From the NCBI GenBank assembly GCA_016937215.1, contig JAFGWI010000009.1, positions 1,703 through 65,702 of the forward strand: a stretch of 64,000 bases of DNA, read 5' to 3'. Below are positions 8,605-19,042 of the stretch, piece by piece (positions within the stretch are counted from its first letter, which is position 1; every line of letters starts with the position of its first letter). Both the position numbers and the translations under genes were made by a program. This DNA is from Spirochaetales bacterium. GTDB taxonomy: Bacteria > Spirochaetota > Spirochaetia > SZUA-6 > JAFGRV01. The notes under the pieces were generated by a model that saw only the letters and a list, made by a program, of their open reading frames with translations, searched no databases and was not told the origin of the DNA.

Positions 8605-9782
8605 AGGCTATTGATTGGGGAAAGCTTTTTCCCGTATTTTTTATCCAAATACTCCCGGTCAAGATGAAAACCCTCAAGTTTGAGAATCAACTTTAAAATA
8701 GTTGCTTCTTCTATATCCTGGGGAACAACCTGACCATCGGTAAAATATGAAACCGGTTTTTGCTTGAGAATCAAGGAACTGATAACATTACCAATACTGC
8801 TGGTTTCATCAAGCTTTGTTATTATTATCGACTGATATTTAAAGGGCTCAAATTGTCTCAGGATTTCTTCCATATCCGAGGCTTTTACCGAGGCGCTCAT
8901 GGCCAGATGGGTATCATTATCAGAGCCCACAGCCTCCAGTACCTTCTTCATCTCGGCCAGTTTATCATAATCATTGGGACTCTTTCCAATGGTATCGATC
9001 AGGATCAAATCAGTGTCATTATAAAGGGCCAGGGTTTTTTTAAGGTCCTCAAAGGTCTCGACAAAACTCACTGGAATTTGCATGATCTCGGCATAGGTCT
9101 CGATTTGTTTTTTGGCCGCGATTCTGTAATTGTCAATCGTAATCATTCTGACTTTTTTGCAAGCACCTCGCTGTGGATTTATCCCATGAATCGCAGCCAA
9201 TTTGGCAATGGTTGTGGTTTTTCCAACTCCAGTGGGCCCGACGATAGTACAAATATGGGGTTTTCTTGTGCTTTGGGAAAAGGGTTTATGGATTTTTATC
9301 CCATCGGCAATCCAGTCGATCAAAGCCTTGTGCACCATCTCCTTGTTATCCAGCTCCTGAAGAGAAAATTCCGACTCCAGGCGCTGCACCAGTAAAGCGA
9401 TTAATGTTTCGGAAAAATCATTTCGCTTGAGTAATTCAGTGTACTCATCCATGGCAGGATGGGTCCCGCGGCCGTCAAGGGGTTTTTGAGTGCTGATTTG
9501 CTCTTTTAAAGACTGAATTTCCTTTAAAATCATGGACATGGTGGTATCTTTTTTAACATTTTGAAGAATTTTCATTTTTTCAGTTTCAAGATTGAGTTTC
9601 GTCGAAGGACGCGATTCCGCCAGATAACCGGTAATCTCGATCCCCTCCTGGGCAAAAAAGCCTAAAAAACCGCCCCTTTTTATTCCGCGGTGAGTCAAAA
9701 TACGCGCGTTTTCACCATACTGCTCTTTCATGCGGTCGATTGCGTCCTTTAAACTATTTCCCTGCATTGTAAAATACTGCAT
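8595..9782 (-). CDS. flhF: Flagellar SRP-type GTPase FlhF.
   Basis: [22 protein letters not shown] and TKLDET motifs. Confidence 0.9.
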   Translation of the reverse strand: MQYFTMQGNSLKDAIDRMKEQYGENARILTHRGIKRGGFLGFFAQEGIEITGYLAESRPSTKLNLETEKMKILQNVKKDTTMSMILKEIQSLKEQISTQKPLDGRGTHPAMDEYTELLKRNDFSETLIALLVQRLESEFSLQELDNKEMVHKALIDWIADGIKIHKPFSQSTRKPHICTIVGPTGVGKTTTIAKLAAIHGINPQRGACKKVRMITIDNYRIAAKKQIETYAEIMQIPVSFVETFEDLKKTLALYNDTDLILIDTIGKSPNDYDKLAEMKKVLEAVGSDNDTHLAMSASVKASDMEEILRQFEPFKYQSIIITKLDETSSIGNVISSLILKQKPVSYFTDGQVVPQDIEEATILKLILKLEGFHLDREYLDKKYGKKLSPINSLWS

Positions 9783-9792
9783 TCACCGCTCC

Positions 9793-11874
9793 TTACTGCA
9801 CTCTTATCTCGCCAAGGCTTTCAACAGAAACCTCGGATATCATTTCCGGTATGGATAACACAACCAGATGGGGAATTTCCCGATGAGCGCTGGATTTTAC
9901 CAGATAACGTGCTGCTTCCGAACAAAGTATCACAGGATGATAGCCCTGTTCCTGAACAGCCTTGATCGAAGTTGTCAAAGCGCCTATCCATTTTCTTTGA
10001 ACCGAAGGCTCCAGAGCCGCGACCGGACCACTTGTTGTATCCACTTTGGATTCAATAATCTGGTGTTCAAAGGCAGGGGCAATGGTTAACACCCTGAGTT
10101 TTTTTTCTTCGTCAGCGTATTGAAGACAAATCTGCCGCCGCAATGACTGGCGTACTTTTTCTATTATATAAGAGGGATCCTTGGTTACATCACCATAATC
10201 GGTCATGGCCTCAAGAATGGTCACAATATTTCTGATGGAGATCTGTTCATCAAGCAAGCCCTGCAACACCTTGTGAATCTGGCTCAAGGTGAACATCTTG
10301 TTGACTTCATCAACCACAGCAGGATAATCATTTTTCAAAGTATCCAGGATAAGCTTCACTTCCTGACGGCCCAGGATTTCCGAAGCATGCTGCTTGATAA
10401 TCTCGGTAAAATGGGTTGCAATTATCGAAGGCGGGTCGACAACCGTATATCCGATTTGCTCAGCCTGTTCACGATAATCTTCTGACACCCAAATGGCAGG
10501 TAAACCGAATGCAGGGTCAAAGGTCTTTTCACCTGGAACTGTTTCAGTAATTCCGCCAGGATTAATGCAAAGATAATGGCCCATGCGGATCTTACCCTTG
10601 CCGACTTCAACACCCTTTATTTTAAAGGAATATTCCGGCGGCTCAAGGCGCATATTATCAATAATACGAATGCGCGGGACAACAATACCCAGATCCAGAG
10701 CCGATTCCCGGCGAATTCTCGTTATTCGGTTTAGCAACTCAGCACCCTGTTCCTTATCCACAAGAGGAATTAAGCCATAGCCGATTTCCAAAGACAAAGG
10801 ATCCAATGGCACCACAGGTGAAATCTCCTTGGGGGCTTCACCTTCCTTGGCCTTAACCGCCTTTACCTTTTCCGCGTCCTCTTGTGCTATAGCCTTACGC
10901 GACAAGATAATACCCAAAAAGCCGAGCAACAAAGCCAGTGGTACAAGCACATACCAGGGAAATCCGGGCAAAATACTTAAAACAAACAAAATCGCGGCAG
11001 ATATAAAATAAGGCCTTGCCTGCACGGTGAATTGATCGGTGACATCCTGGCCAAAGGATGCCTCTGATACGCTCCGAGTTACGATTATACCAGTTGATAC
11101 GGATACAAGAAGAGCAGGCAATTGCGAAACAAGACCATCACCAATAGCCAGTGGTATATATGTATTCAGTGCCAGATCCATGGATTCGGCATGCATAACC
11201 AGGCCAACTATCATTCCACCGATAATGTTTACCAAGGTGATGATAACACCGACCTTTACATTTCCCGAAACGAATTTTGAAGCACCATCCATGGCTCCAT
11301 AAAAATCAACCTCCCGTTGAAGCTGATGTTTTTTAAAGGTGGCTTCTTCTTCGGTGAGCAATCCTGAGTTATACTCTGCTTCTATGGCCATTTGTTTTCC
11401 TGGCAAAGCATCAAGAGTAAAGCGGGCCGCGACCTCGGCAACCCGGGTCGAACCTTTTGTAATGACCATGAGCTGAACAATCATGATAATAACAAAAATG
11501 ATAAGACCGATGACAATACCTTCAGAAGCAGCCGTACCGACTACAAAGGTCCCGAAAGCTCTGACGATTCGGCCGTCAAAATGGCTTCCTTCAACAAGAA
11601 TCAAGCGTGTTGATGAAATGTTCAGGCCTAATCCGAATACTGTTAAAATCAAAAGCAAAGTGGGGAACACAGAAAATTCAAGGGCATGCTTGGTATAAAG
11701 CACGGTTAAAATTACCAGAAGACTCAGAACCAGATTGATGGTCATAAGTGTATCCAGAATAAAAGTCGGCAATGGAATAATGATCATCATAACAAAAAGG
11801 ACCACTCCAATGGCAACAAACAGTTCCGTGGGTTGTTTAAAAAGATTTTGGGTTATTCTTTGCGCGTCAGCCAT
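9793..11874 (-). CDS. flhA: Flagellar export apparatus protein FlhA.
   Basis: 693 aa with an N-terminal 8-TM domain and a cytoplasmic C-terminus. Conserved FHIPxG-like region. Confidence 0.95.
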   Translation of the reverse strand: MADAQRITQNLFKQPTELFVAIGVVLFVMMIIIPLPTFILDTLMTINLVLSLLVILTVLYTKHALEFSVFPTLLLILTVFGLGLNISSTRLILVEGSHFDGRIVRAFGTFVVGTAASEGIVIGLIIFVIIMIVQLMVITKGSTRVAEVAARFTLDALPGKQMAIEAEYNSGLLTEEEATFKKHQLQREVDFYGAMDGASKFVSGNVKVGVIITLVNIIGGMIVGLVMHAESMDLALNTYIPLAIGDGLVSQLPALLVSVSTGIIVTRSVSEASFGQDVTDQFTVQARPYFISAAILFVLSILPGFPWYVLVPLALLLGFLGIILSRKAIAQEDAEKVKAVKAKEGEAPKEISPVVPLDPLSLEIGYGLIPLVDKEQGAELLNRITRIRRESALDLGIVVPRIRIIDNMRLEPPEYSFKIKGVEVGKGKIRMGHYLCINPGGITETVPGEKTFDPAFGLPAIWVSEDYREQAEQIGYTVVDPPSIIATHFTEIIKQHASEILGRQEVKLILDTLKNDYPAVVDEVNKMFTLSQIHKVLQGLLDEQISIRNIVTILEAMTDYGDVTKDPSYIIEKVRQSLRRQICLQYADEEKKLRVLTIAPAFEHQIIESKVDTTSGPVAALEPSVQRKWIGALTTSIKAVQEQGYHPVILCSEAARYLVKSSAHREIPHLVVLSIPEMISEVSVESLGEIRVQ

Positions 11875-11900
11875 TTACTTCTCCTTTCATGTTGATCATA

Positions 11901-13076
11901 TTATACTGCCTCAGCCCTTTTTCCGCTCATTTTATAAACTTCCGCCAAAATTAAAGCAACCACTTCCCAGTATTTTTCAGGAATGGAATCACCAATTTCA
12001 ACTTCATGATACAAGGCCCTTGCCAAAGGTTTGTTTTCCATCAATGGAATGTTATGCTCATTGGCGATTTCTCGGATTTTAAAAGCCACCTGATCAACGC
12101 CTTTGGCTAAAACAGAGGGACTGATCATTTTAGTCCTATCCCACGCCAAGGCCACGGAAAAATGGGTAGGGTTGGTGATAACCACATCAGCCTTGGGGAC
12201 TTCCTTCAAAACATTCCGCGAAAGCAATTCCCGCATACGCTGACGCATACGGCTCTTTATCAGCGGATCACCTTCATAGGTCTTGCGTTCTTCCTTGATT
12301 TCCTGTTTGGACATTTTCAAGGATTCCAGATGCTGACGTCGCTGAAAAAAATAATCAGGAATGGATAAGGCCAGCATGGCAATAGCCACCTGCAGGAAAA
12401 TACGAAAAGCAATACCGGAAAAAAAACCCAAACTATAACCCACCGGCGCCTTCATTAAAACAGCAATTTCCTTTATTTCCGCTGAAATATTCAAAAAAGC
12501 GATGATCACAACAATGAATACCTTTAAAAAGGATTTTAATAAATTAAAGCCCGCTTCAGCAGACAAAAAAGCCTTTTGCAAAAATTTGCCGAACTTGGGG
12601 ACTATCCTGTTGAAATCCGGTGTGATCGGCTTCACCGTAAAAAGAAAGCCCACCTGGAGCACATTACCGACAACAGCCGTTATAAAGCAAATGATGGTAA
12701 TAGGCAGCACCATGCGCAGAAAAAAATTCAAAAAAACCGGAGTCACCGTACTATTAGTGGCTATATCTATTTCAGTGGCATTTCCGAAAAAATACTTGAT
12801 CAAATCAATGGTATCATGAAGCAGATAGGAGGCCATTAACGCGATGGCGACCACAGCAAAAAGCAAAACAAGAGCGCCTGTCACTTCCTGAGACTTGGCC
12901 ACCTTGCCTTCTTCACGCGCTTTTTTTATTTTATGCTCGGTCGGCTCCTCTGTGCGACCTTCATCGTCTGCGGCAAACCATTGCAAATGCATATCAAAGG
13001 AAGTACCATGATTATCGAGCCAGCTTGGGGAAGCTGTGAGCCATGACCTTTGTGTATCAACGCCAATCTGAATCAT
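11901..13076 (-). CDS. flhB: Flagellar export apparatus protein FlhB.
   Basis: NPTH autocleavage motif (VVITNPTHFSVAL). 4 TM. Confidence 0.95.
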   Translation of the reverse strand: MIQIGVDTQRSWLTASPSWLDNHGTSFDMHLQWFAADDEGRTEEPTEHKIKKAREEGKVAKSQEVTGALVLLFAVVAIALMASYLLHDTIDLIKYFFGNATEIDIATNSTVTPVFLNFFLRMVLPITIICFITAVVGNVLQVGFLFTVKPITPDFNRIVPKFGKFLQKAFLSAEAGFNLLKSFLKVFIVVIIAFLNISAEIKEIAVLMKAPVGYSLGFFSGIAFRIFLQVAIAMLALSIPDYFFQRRQHLESLKMSKQEIKEERKTYEGDPLIKSRMRQRMRELLSRNVLKEVPKADVVITNPTHFSVALAWDRTKMISPSVLAKGVDQVAFKIREIANEHNIPLMENKPLARALYHEVEIGDSIPEKYWEVVALILAEVYKMSGKRAEAV

Positions 13077-13846
13077 ATCTGGTCTCCCTTAATTTCAAGA
13101 ATCAAGCGGCTAATCATTTTAAAACTTGTTTCGATAATCGCCGCGAAAGCTTCCATTAAAAATGGCATGATCGCCAGCATGATGATAAAAGCCACTCCAA
13201 TAGCCAGGGGGAATCCCATCATCAAAAGATTCATCTGGGGAGCGGCCTTGGCCATAAGCCCCATGGATAAACTCACTAAAAACAAAGTGCCCAAAATCGG
13301 AAAGGAAATTGTCAAAGCTGATTCAAAAAGCTGGCCTAAACTACCGGCAAAAGTAGCCAACAGCCGGCCCTGGCTTGAAGCCAGATCCATAGCTGTTATT
13401 GACCTGAAAGACGCGTCAATACCTGCCAAGAAAAATTTCTGAAAACCGCCGATCACCACAAAAACCAGCATGGCAATTAGGTTCAAAAATTGCCCTATAA
13501 GAGGAATTTCTACCTGAGCCAGGGGATCAAAAACCTCGGAAGCACCAAAGCCCATTTGCAATGAAAAAAACTGACCAGCCACTTGAAAAATGTCATAAAT
13601 GACAACCAAAAAAAAACCGAGTATCAAACCTATCAGGACTTCTCCCAGCAGCACCAAGGCATAATGCACGAAATTATCAGGGACAACATAACCACGCTCA
13701 ACAACACCTGGAAAAATAACCATTGCCATAAAAAGAGCCATTCCCACTTTGGCCACCTGGGGGACAGCAGAAGATGAAAACAAAGGCATTACTTCCAATG
13801 TGGCTATAATCCGAAAAAAAACGAGGAAAAATAACTGTAGGTTCAA
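13073..13846 (-). CDS. fliR: Flagellar export protein FliR.
   Basis: 257-aa polytopic membrane protein. Position in the cluster. Confidence 0.9.
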   Translation of the reverse strand: MNLQLFFLVFFRIIATLEVMPLFSSSAVPQVAKVGMALFMAMVIFPGVVERGYVVPDNFVHYALVLLGEVLIGLILGFFLVVIYDIFQVAGQFFSLQMGFGASEVFDPLAQVEIPLIGQFLNLIAMLVFVVIGGFQKFFLAGIDASFRSITAMDLASSQGRLLATFAGSLGQLFESALTISFPILGTLFLVSLSMGLMAKAAPQMNLLMMGFPLAIGVAFIIMLAIMPFLMEAFAAIIETSFKMISRLILEIKGDQI

Positions 13847-13903
13847 AACAAATAATTCGATTGTCAGCCTGCCTTTAACTTACTGAAATTAAAAAGGAAA
13901 AAA

Positions 13904-14173
13904 CTATTTCCCCAAAGAGGGAATTGAGTCAATTAACCTCACAGTGAATTGTGTTAATGAATTTAAAATCCATGGCCCAAGAAAAATAATCGCTCCCAGA
14001 ATAGCCGCGATTTTGGGAACAAAAGTCAATGTCTGCTCCTGAATGGATGTAGTGGCCTGAAAGATAGATATGATCAAACCAACTCCCATTCCGATCAATA
14101 ACAAAGGAGCGGAAATGATCAGCACCTCCAAAATTCCGTTTCTCACCAAATTAACTGCCATTCCAAAATCCAT
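13904..14173 (-). CDS. fliQ: Flagellar export protein FliQ.
   Basis: 89 aa, 2 TM, typical FliQ sequence. Confidence 0.9.
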   Translation of the reverse strand: MDFGMAVNLVRNGILEVLIISAPLLLIGMGVGLIISIFQATTSIQEQTLTFVPKIAAILGAIIFLGPWILNSLTQFTVRLIDSIPSLGK

Positions 14174-14195
14174 TTTTTACACAACCTCCTTTTGG

Positions 14196-14981
14196 CTATC
14201 CAAAACTCTCAATCAACTTCCGCACAATCAAATCCCACCCATCGGCCAAAACAAAAACAATCAATTTAAAGGGCATGGATATCATCACCGGCGGCAGCAT
14301 GATCATGCCCATGGACATTAAAGTGGATGCCACAACCATGTCGATTACAATAAAAGGAATAAACAATAAAATTCCGATTTTAAAAGCATAAGTTAGCTCG
14401 TGGAGCACAAAGGCCGGAATTAAAATATAAGTAGGCACATCCAGATCTGTTTGAGGTTTAGGAAGGTCCTGCATGGTCATAAAGAGCCTGATATTTTCAT
14501 AATCCCCTTCGAGCTGACGAAACATAAACATTCGCAAAGGCCCCTCTACTTTGGTATAAAGCGCGTCAATTCCAATTTCTTCAGCCGCAAAGGGAGCGAA
14601 CCCTTCATCATACATTTGCGTAAAAGTTGGCCACATGATAAAAATGGTCAAAAACAAGGCAATACCCATGAGAACCGTTGTCGGAGGAACTTGTTGAAGC
14701 GAAAGAGCGCGTTTTATGAAATCAAACACAATAGCAATGCGCAAAAAACAGGTTGTCAATATTATCAAGGAAGGTGCAAGGGTCAGAACCGACAGCAACA
14801 AGAGCAGCTGAATTGAAAGAGCCACTTCCTGGTTTGTTTCAGCCTCGCGAACATTAAAATCAACAAAAGGGAAACCGGGAATTGTCACATTATTCTGGGA
14901 ATAGACTGGTCCTATAGCAGTAAAGAGTAATATAATAATACAAAGTGTCAGTCGAAACCTGTTTTTCATTTCCCCTCCCAA
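14196..14981 (-). CDS. fliP: Flagellar export protein FliP.
   Basis: Signal peptide plus conserved FliP core. Confidence 0.9.
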   Translation of the reverse strand: MGGEMKNRFRLTLCIIILLFTAIGPVYSQNNVTIPGFPFVDFNVREAETNQEVALSIQLLLLLSVLTLAPSLIILTTCFLRIAIVFDFIKRALSLQQVPPTTVLMGIALFLTIFIMWPTFTQMYDEGFAPFAAEEIGIDALYTKVEGPLRMFMFRQLEGDYENIRLFMTMQDLPKPQTDLDVPTYILIPAFVLHELTYAFKIGILLFIPFIVIDMVVASTLMSMGMIMLPPVMISMPFKLIVFVLADGWDLIVRKLIESFG

Positions 14982-15026
14982 TGAAAAAAAGAAACACCCT
15001 TTGCCCGAAAAGTGTTTCTTAAGAAA

Positions 15027-15641
15027 CTACTCGCGCAGTCTCTTTAACCTGTCCTGTTGCTTTTTCATAAATTCAACCGGAGATGAAGAAACAGCTGCCG
15101 GTTCTTCAACCCTAGCCGAAGACTGCTTTGGCTGAAACAATCTTGCCAGCAAATCATTAAACCCGAGTTTTCCCTTTTCGGAGTTTTCCGCGGACAAGAG
15201 CCTTAACCGATCAATTGTCTCCTTATCGTCAATCTCCTTCAGAAGACTGACCGATTGATCAGCAGCGCCGATAAGATAAAATTGCGATGCCAATTCAATT
15301 AAATGCAATGCATTATTTCCCTGCAAAGCCAGGGATGATACTATTTTCATCATTTGGTTGTCAGGAGTCTTTAGCCGAGCTGTGCGCTTTAAAAAATGGA
15401 GAAAAACCATCAAAACAGCCACTACCAAAACCAACACAAGGATCATTTTGAAAAAGTCCCAAATCGAAAAAACATCATTCGATGGATTCACCTCTTCACC
15501 AGAACCCCCGGGTTCAGCTTCAGAATCAGGATTTTCGGTTAAAATAAAGGTCGGAACAGTCTTCTCATTATTGCCTGTGTTATCCGGAGTTTCTGAATTG
15601 TCTTGCGAAAAAACAGGAAATGCAGTTATTAAAACAAGCAA
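15027..15641 (-). CDS. fliO: FliO/FliZ-like single-TM flagellar biosynthesis protein.
   Basis: 204 aa with one TM helix. Immediately upstream of fliP, as in Firmicute and spirochaete operons. Confidence 0.6.
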   Translation of the reverse strand: MLVLITAFPVFSQDNSETPDNTGNNEKTVPTFILTENPDSEAEPGGSGEEVNPSNDVFSIWDFFKMILVLVLVVAVLMVFLHFLKRTARLKTPDNQMMKIVSSLALQGNNALHLIELASQFYLIGAADQSVSLLKEIDDKETIDRLRLLSAENSEKGKLGFNDLLARLFQPKQSSARVEEPAAVSSSPVEFMKKQQDRLKRLRE

Positions 15642-16113
15642 AATTCCTAAAAGGAATTTGCCGTGAGTCGTGATGTTCAGTTGTCCCTCCCAGATAAAAG
15701 CATAATTATATTATGCTCCTCTTTGTTATAAAACATTTTTTAAAATTTTTCAAGGGTTAACTAAAAAAAACTTGACTTATTGAAGCTCTTGCAAAAACGG
15801 AGTTTCACACAAACCATGAAAATGGCGGATAAGTATTTTTTTACCAGTGTTTAAGATATTATTCCACAGCTTTCATTAAATTGCTTATGCCTGGACATTT
15901 GCAATCATATCAATTGTGACAAGTTAAAAAACGAAAAAAACCATGAAAAATAATAGCAGAGGCTAGTATTCTTCCAAAAAAACAAAACATCCAACATCCA
16001 GACAACAAAAAAGCAGAAAAGTTTTCAAATAACACAAATTCCGGCCAAAACAGAGAACTGGCTCTAGCACGATCGTAAAAATGTTCGAAAAAGCAGAGAA
16101 TAATCCTGTGTTA

Positions 16114-17238
16114 TCAGGTCATATCATTCATACGGTCCATGGGAGATACAATTTCGGTAACACGCACACCGAAATTTTCATCAATAACAACCACTTCACC
16201 CTTGGCAATCAATTTGTGATTCACCAGAATATCAACAGGTTCTCCAGCCAGTTTGTCCAGCTCGATAATTGTTCCTTCACCGATTCCCAGAATATCCTTA
16301 ATCAATTTTTTGGTGCGCCCCAGTTCAACAGTCATTTCCATATAAACATCCATGAGCAATCCAATGTTTCCCTGCTCATGGGATATGTTCTGCCCCTGAA
16401 GGTTTGGGAATTGAACAGATTGAACACTGGGAGAACCCAAACCAGGATTACCACCGCCCATTAAACCAGACAAGCCGTTGCCATTCATTTTAGGTTGACC
16501 ACTCTGACCACCCATAACATCGTTGCCTCCAAGACCACCGCCAAACATGGCATCCAGATCACCTGTATCCATAATTGAGGTTTCAGCGCCACCACCACTG
16601 TGTCCGCCGGTAACCTGTTTAACCACATCAGTGGAATATATTTCAAAAAGCTTTGACGTGCCTCCGTTCACCTTTACCTTATACTCTGCCACAACAATCT
16701 GGTCACCCTGGGGCAATGAAATAGCCGCCTTGGGGATACGCTTTGCCTCGGGAGGCTCTGTTGTTACAGTCTGATTAATTTTGTTGCCAATCGCTGTTAA
16801 GGCCGGGCTGGATATATTGGAAACAGCCTCGGACAAGGTGGACAAAGCCATTTCGTCAAGTTCAACACCTTCCTGGCCAAGCATCATTTCAGCGGTTTTC
16901 AATGCAAAATCCGTATCCATGATGGAAGAATGCTCGCCGCTCAAACCGCCGCTAAAATCAGCCTTTACTTCCACTACACTGTCGGGCAGCAAACCAAGCA
17001 ACTGATCGCCAGGCATAATACTCAAGGTCGGACCGCTTATAGCGATAGTCTGACTGGTCAGCATCGAAATATTGGAGGATTGAGACTCCACAACACCCTG
17101 CAAAATGCCTAAAAACGCGCTTTTATCCTGATCAGACAAGCCGCCGCCCACATCCTGAAAACCCGAGTCAAAATCTATATTATCAGTTCCCTGCAATAAA
17201 GCATCAATTTCGTCTTGCGACAAAGATCCGTCACTCAT
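16114..17238 (-). CDS. fliY: Flagellar motor switch protein FliY (FliN-type C-terminal SpoA domain with a CheC-like N-terminal region).
   Basis: N-terminal MSDGSLSQDEIDALLQG. C-terminal SpoA domain (GEGTIIELDKLAGEPVDILVN). Confidence 0.9.
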   Translation of the reverse strand: MSDGSLSQDEIDALLQGTDNIDFDSGFQDVGGGLSDQDKSAFLGILQGVVESQSSNISMLTSQTIAISGPTLSIMPGDQLLGLLPDSVVEVKADFSGGLSGEHSSIMDTDFALKTAEMMLGQEGVELDEMALSTLSEAVSNISSPALTAIGNKINQTVTTEPPEAKRIPKAAISLPQGDQIVVAEYKVKVNGGTSKLFEIYSTDVVKQVTGGHSGGGAETSIMDTGDLDAMFGGGLGGNDVMGGQSGQPKMNGNGLSGLMGGGNPGLGSPSVQSVQFPNLQGQNISHEQGNIGLLMDVYMEMTVELGRTKKLIKDILGIGEGTIIELDKLAGEPVDILVNHKLIAKGEVVVIDENFGVRVTEIVSPMDRMNDMT

Positions 17239-17241
17239 AGA

Positions 17242-18267
17242 CTACTCCTCCACATCTGTTGAGAGCTCTTCAAAATCCTGTTTGCTAACATCCTCAAGGC
17301 GCTTTGTTACCTGAACAGCCACCTTATTTGCCACCATACCCGGCCGGCATAGAAATTTCTTCCGGTTCCCAATTTTCAGCACCATGGGGTCGCCCTTGCG
17401 CACACTGTACAAACGAATAACATCACCAGGCGTCAGGGCCAACACATCCCTGACCTTCAGATTGATGCTGCCAATCTCGGCGACCAAAGGGACTTCGATT
17501 TTTGAAAGCCGCTCCCGTAAAATATTCAAATTCTCCGTTGTCGTTCCCCTGCGCACCGATGAATACCAGTACTGAGCCGACAACTTGGAAATAATCGGTT
17601 CGATGGTCAAATAGGGAATACAAAAGTTCATCATACCCTCGACCTCGCCGACCTTTGTTTCCAGAGTAACCAGAACAACCATTTCAGTTGGAGGCACAAT
17701 CTGGGCAAACTGGGGGTTGGTCTCAATTTGACCTAATCTCGGCCTTAAGTCAATCACCGTACTCCAGGCTTCACGCATATTTCCCAAAATTCTTACGATA
17801 ATACCTTCCATAACCGACTGTTCAATATCGGTGAGGTCCCGGGAAAATTTGGTGCCCTCCCCCTGGCCGCCGAACAAACGGTCGATAATGGAAAAAGTAA
17901 CAGCCGGGTCTATTTCCAGAATAGCCGAACCTTTCAAAGGATCCATATTTATAACCGCCAGGGTCGTGGGATTAGGAATGGACCGGATAAATTCCTCATA
18001 GGTCAGCTGATCAACCGAAGCCACATGCACATGAACCAGAGAACGAAGCTGGGCTGAAAGCGAGGTGGTTGTTAATCGCGCGAAGGTTTCATGCATAATG
18101 GAAACCGTTCGTATCTGATCTTTGGAAAATTTGTCAGGACGCTTGAAATCATAAATCTTGATTTTCTTCTGATCAGCCGCCTGAGTAATTTCCTGTGTTT
18201 CAACCTCGCCGGAAGAAATCGCTGTTAAGAGCTGGTCAATTTCATCCTGCGACAATACTTCAGTCAT
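17242..18267 (-). CDS. fliM: Flagellar motor switch protein FliM.
   Basis: N-terminal LSQDEIDQLL motif. 341 aa. Confidence 0.9.
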   Translation of the reverse strand: MTEVLSQDEIDQLLTAISSGEVETQEITQAADQKKIKIYDFKRPDKFSKDQIRTVSIMHETFARLTTTSLSAQLRSLVHVHVASVDQLTYEEFIRSIPNPTTLAVINMDPLKGSAILEIDPAVTFSIIDRLFGGQGEGTKFSRDLTDIEQSVMEGIIVRILGNMREAWSTVIDLRPRLGQIETNPQFAQIVPPTEMVVLVTLETKVGEVEGMMNFCIPYLTIEPIISKLSAQYWYSSVRRGTTTENLNILRERLSKIEVPLVAEIGSINLKVRDVLALTPGDVIRLYSVRKGDPMVLKIGNRKKFLCRPGMVANKVAVQVTKRLEDVSKQDFEELSTDVEE

Positions 18268-18333
18268 TTAAAACCCCTTAAAAGCAGCCATGTTTTATTT
18301 ACAAAACAAAGGTCCATATTTGAAATTGTTGCC

Positions 18334-18888
18334 TTAAAAGGCCTGTAATTCATTAAAAAGCACCACATTAATACGTTCAATCATTAATTCAATGATCATC
18401 TCCTTTAATTCATTCTGGAGCTTTTCAGCATTGGAAATACTCAATTCCTCTGCCTCTTTGCTTCCCAAATGAATCAAAATAAGATTCTGGATCTGAATAC
18501 GCCTGTCCAGAAGTTCCTGCTGAACCGCGTTATTCCCCGGTACATAACCAATAGACACCGAAGCAATAAAATTCTTGGCCGGCTTATCAGCAGTTAATCC
18601 CCGAATCGTATCAAGATTGTTAAACCAGGCATACATTTCCTTTTTATTGGAATACTGCTCGGAAATTGATTGAGGAGGCTGGGTCACAGTTCCCTTAATC
18701 AAGTTCTGAAACATGAAATAGGAAATAGTCACAATCAAAATAATCAAGAGCGCGATAATGGCCAACCATTGTAGAATCTTGATGACAATAGCCGGTAAAA
18801 AACCGACCTTTTGCCCCACCTCTACATCGTCCGAACCACCGGTCTCTTCATCTTCCAAAAAACTGTCATCATCAGCCATAAAGGGCAA
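18334..18888 (-). CDS. fliL: Flagellar basal-body-associated protein FliL.
   Basis: Single TM plus periplasmic domain. Position after motB. Confidence 0.85.
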   Translation of the reverse strand: MPFMADDDSFLEDEETGGSDDVEVGQKVGFLPAIVIKILQWLAIIALLIILIVTISYFMFQNLIKGTVTQPPQSISEQYSNKKEMYAWFNNLDTIRGLTADKPAKNFIASVSIGYVPGNNAVQQELLDRRIQIQNLILIHLGSKEAEELSISNAEKLQNELKEMIIELMIERINVVLFNELQAF

Positions 18889-19042
18889 TCTCCTTTAGCT
18901 TATTTTATCAAAGAAAAAAACTTTAATCAAACCCTAATCATGTGAGCCATGTTATTAACATTGGCCAAATCAAATCAATTAAGCACAAACATAGAATGGC
19001 TTTTAACAGAAAACAAAATGGCCTGTTTCAAAGTGACTGTTC

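Noticed and set aside
8760-9395. Long antisense ORFs opposite flhF (8760-9395), fliP (14451-14816), flgE (21653-22161), the acidic region of the giant protein (54372-55031, Ser-rich), murF, the ymdB region (51130-51594) and others.
   Set aside because: Each is fully embedded antisense in a well-supported conserved gene. Their compositions mirror the sense-strand codon bias, for example poly-Ser opposite poly-Glu/Asp. There is no independent evidence for them.
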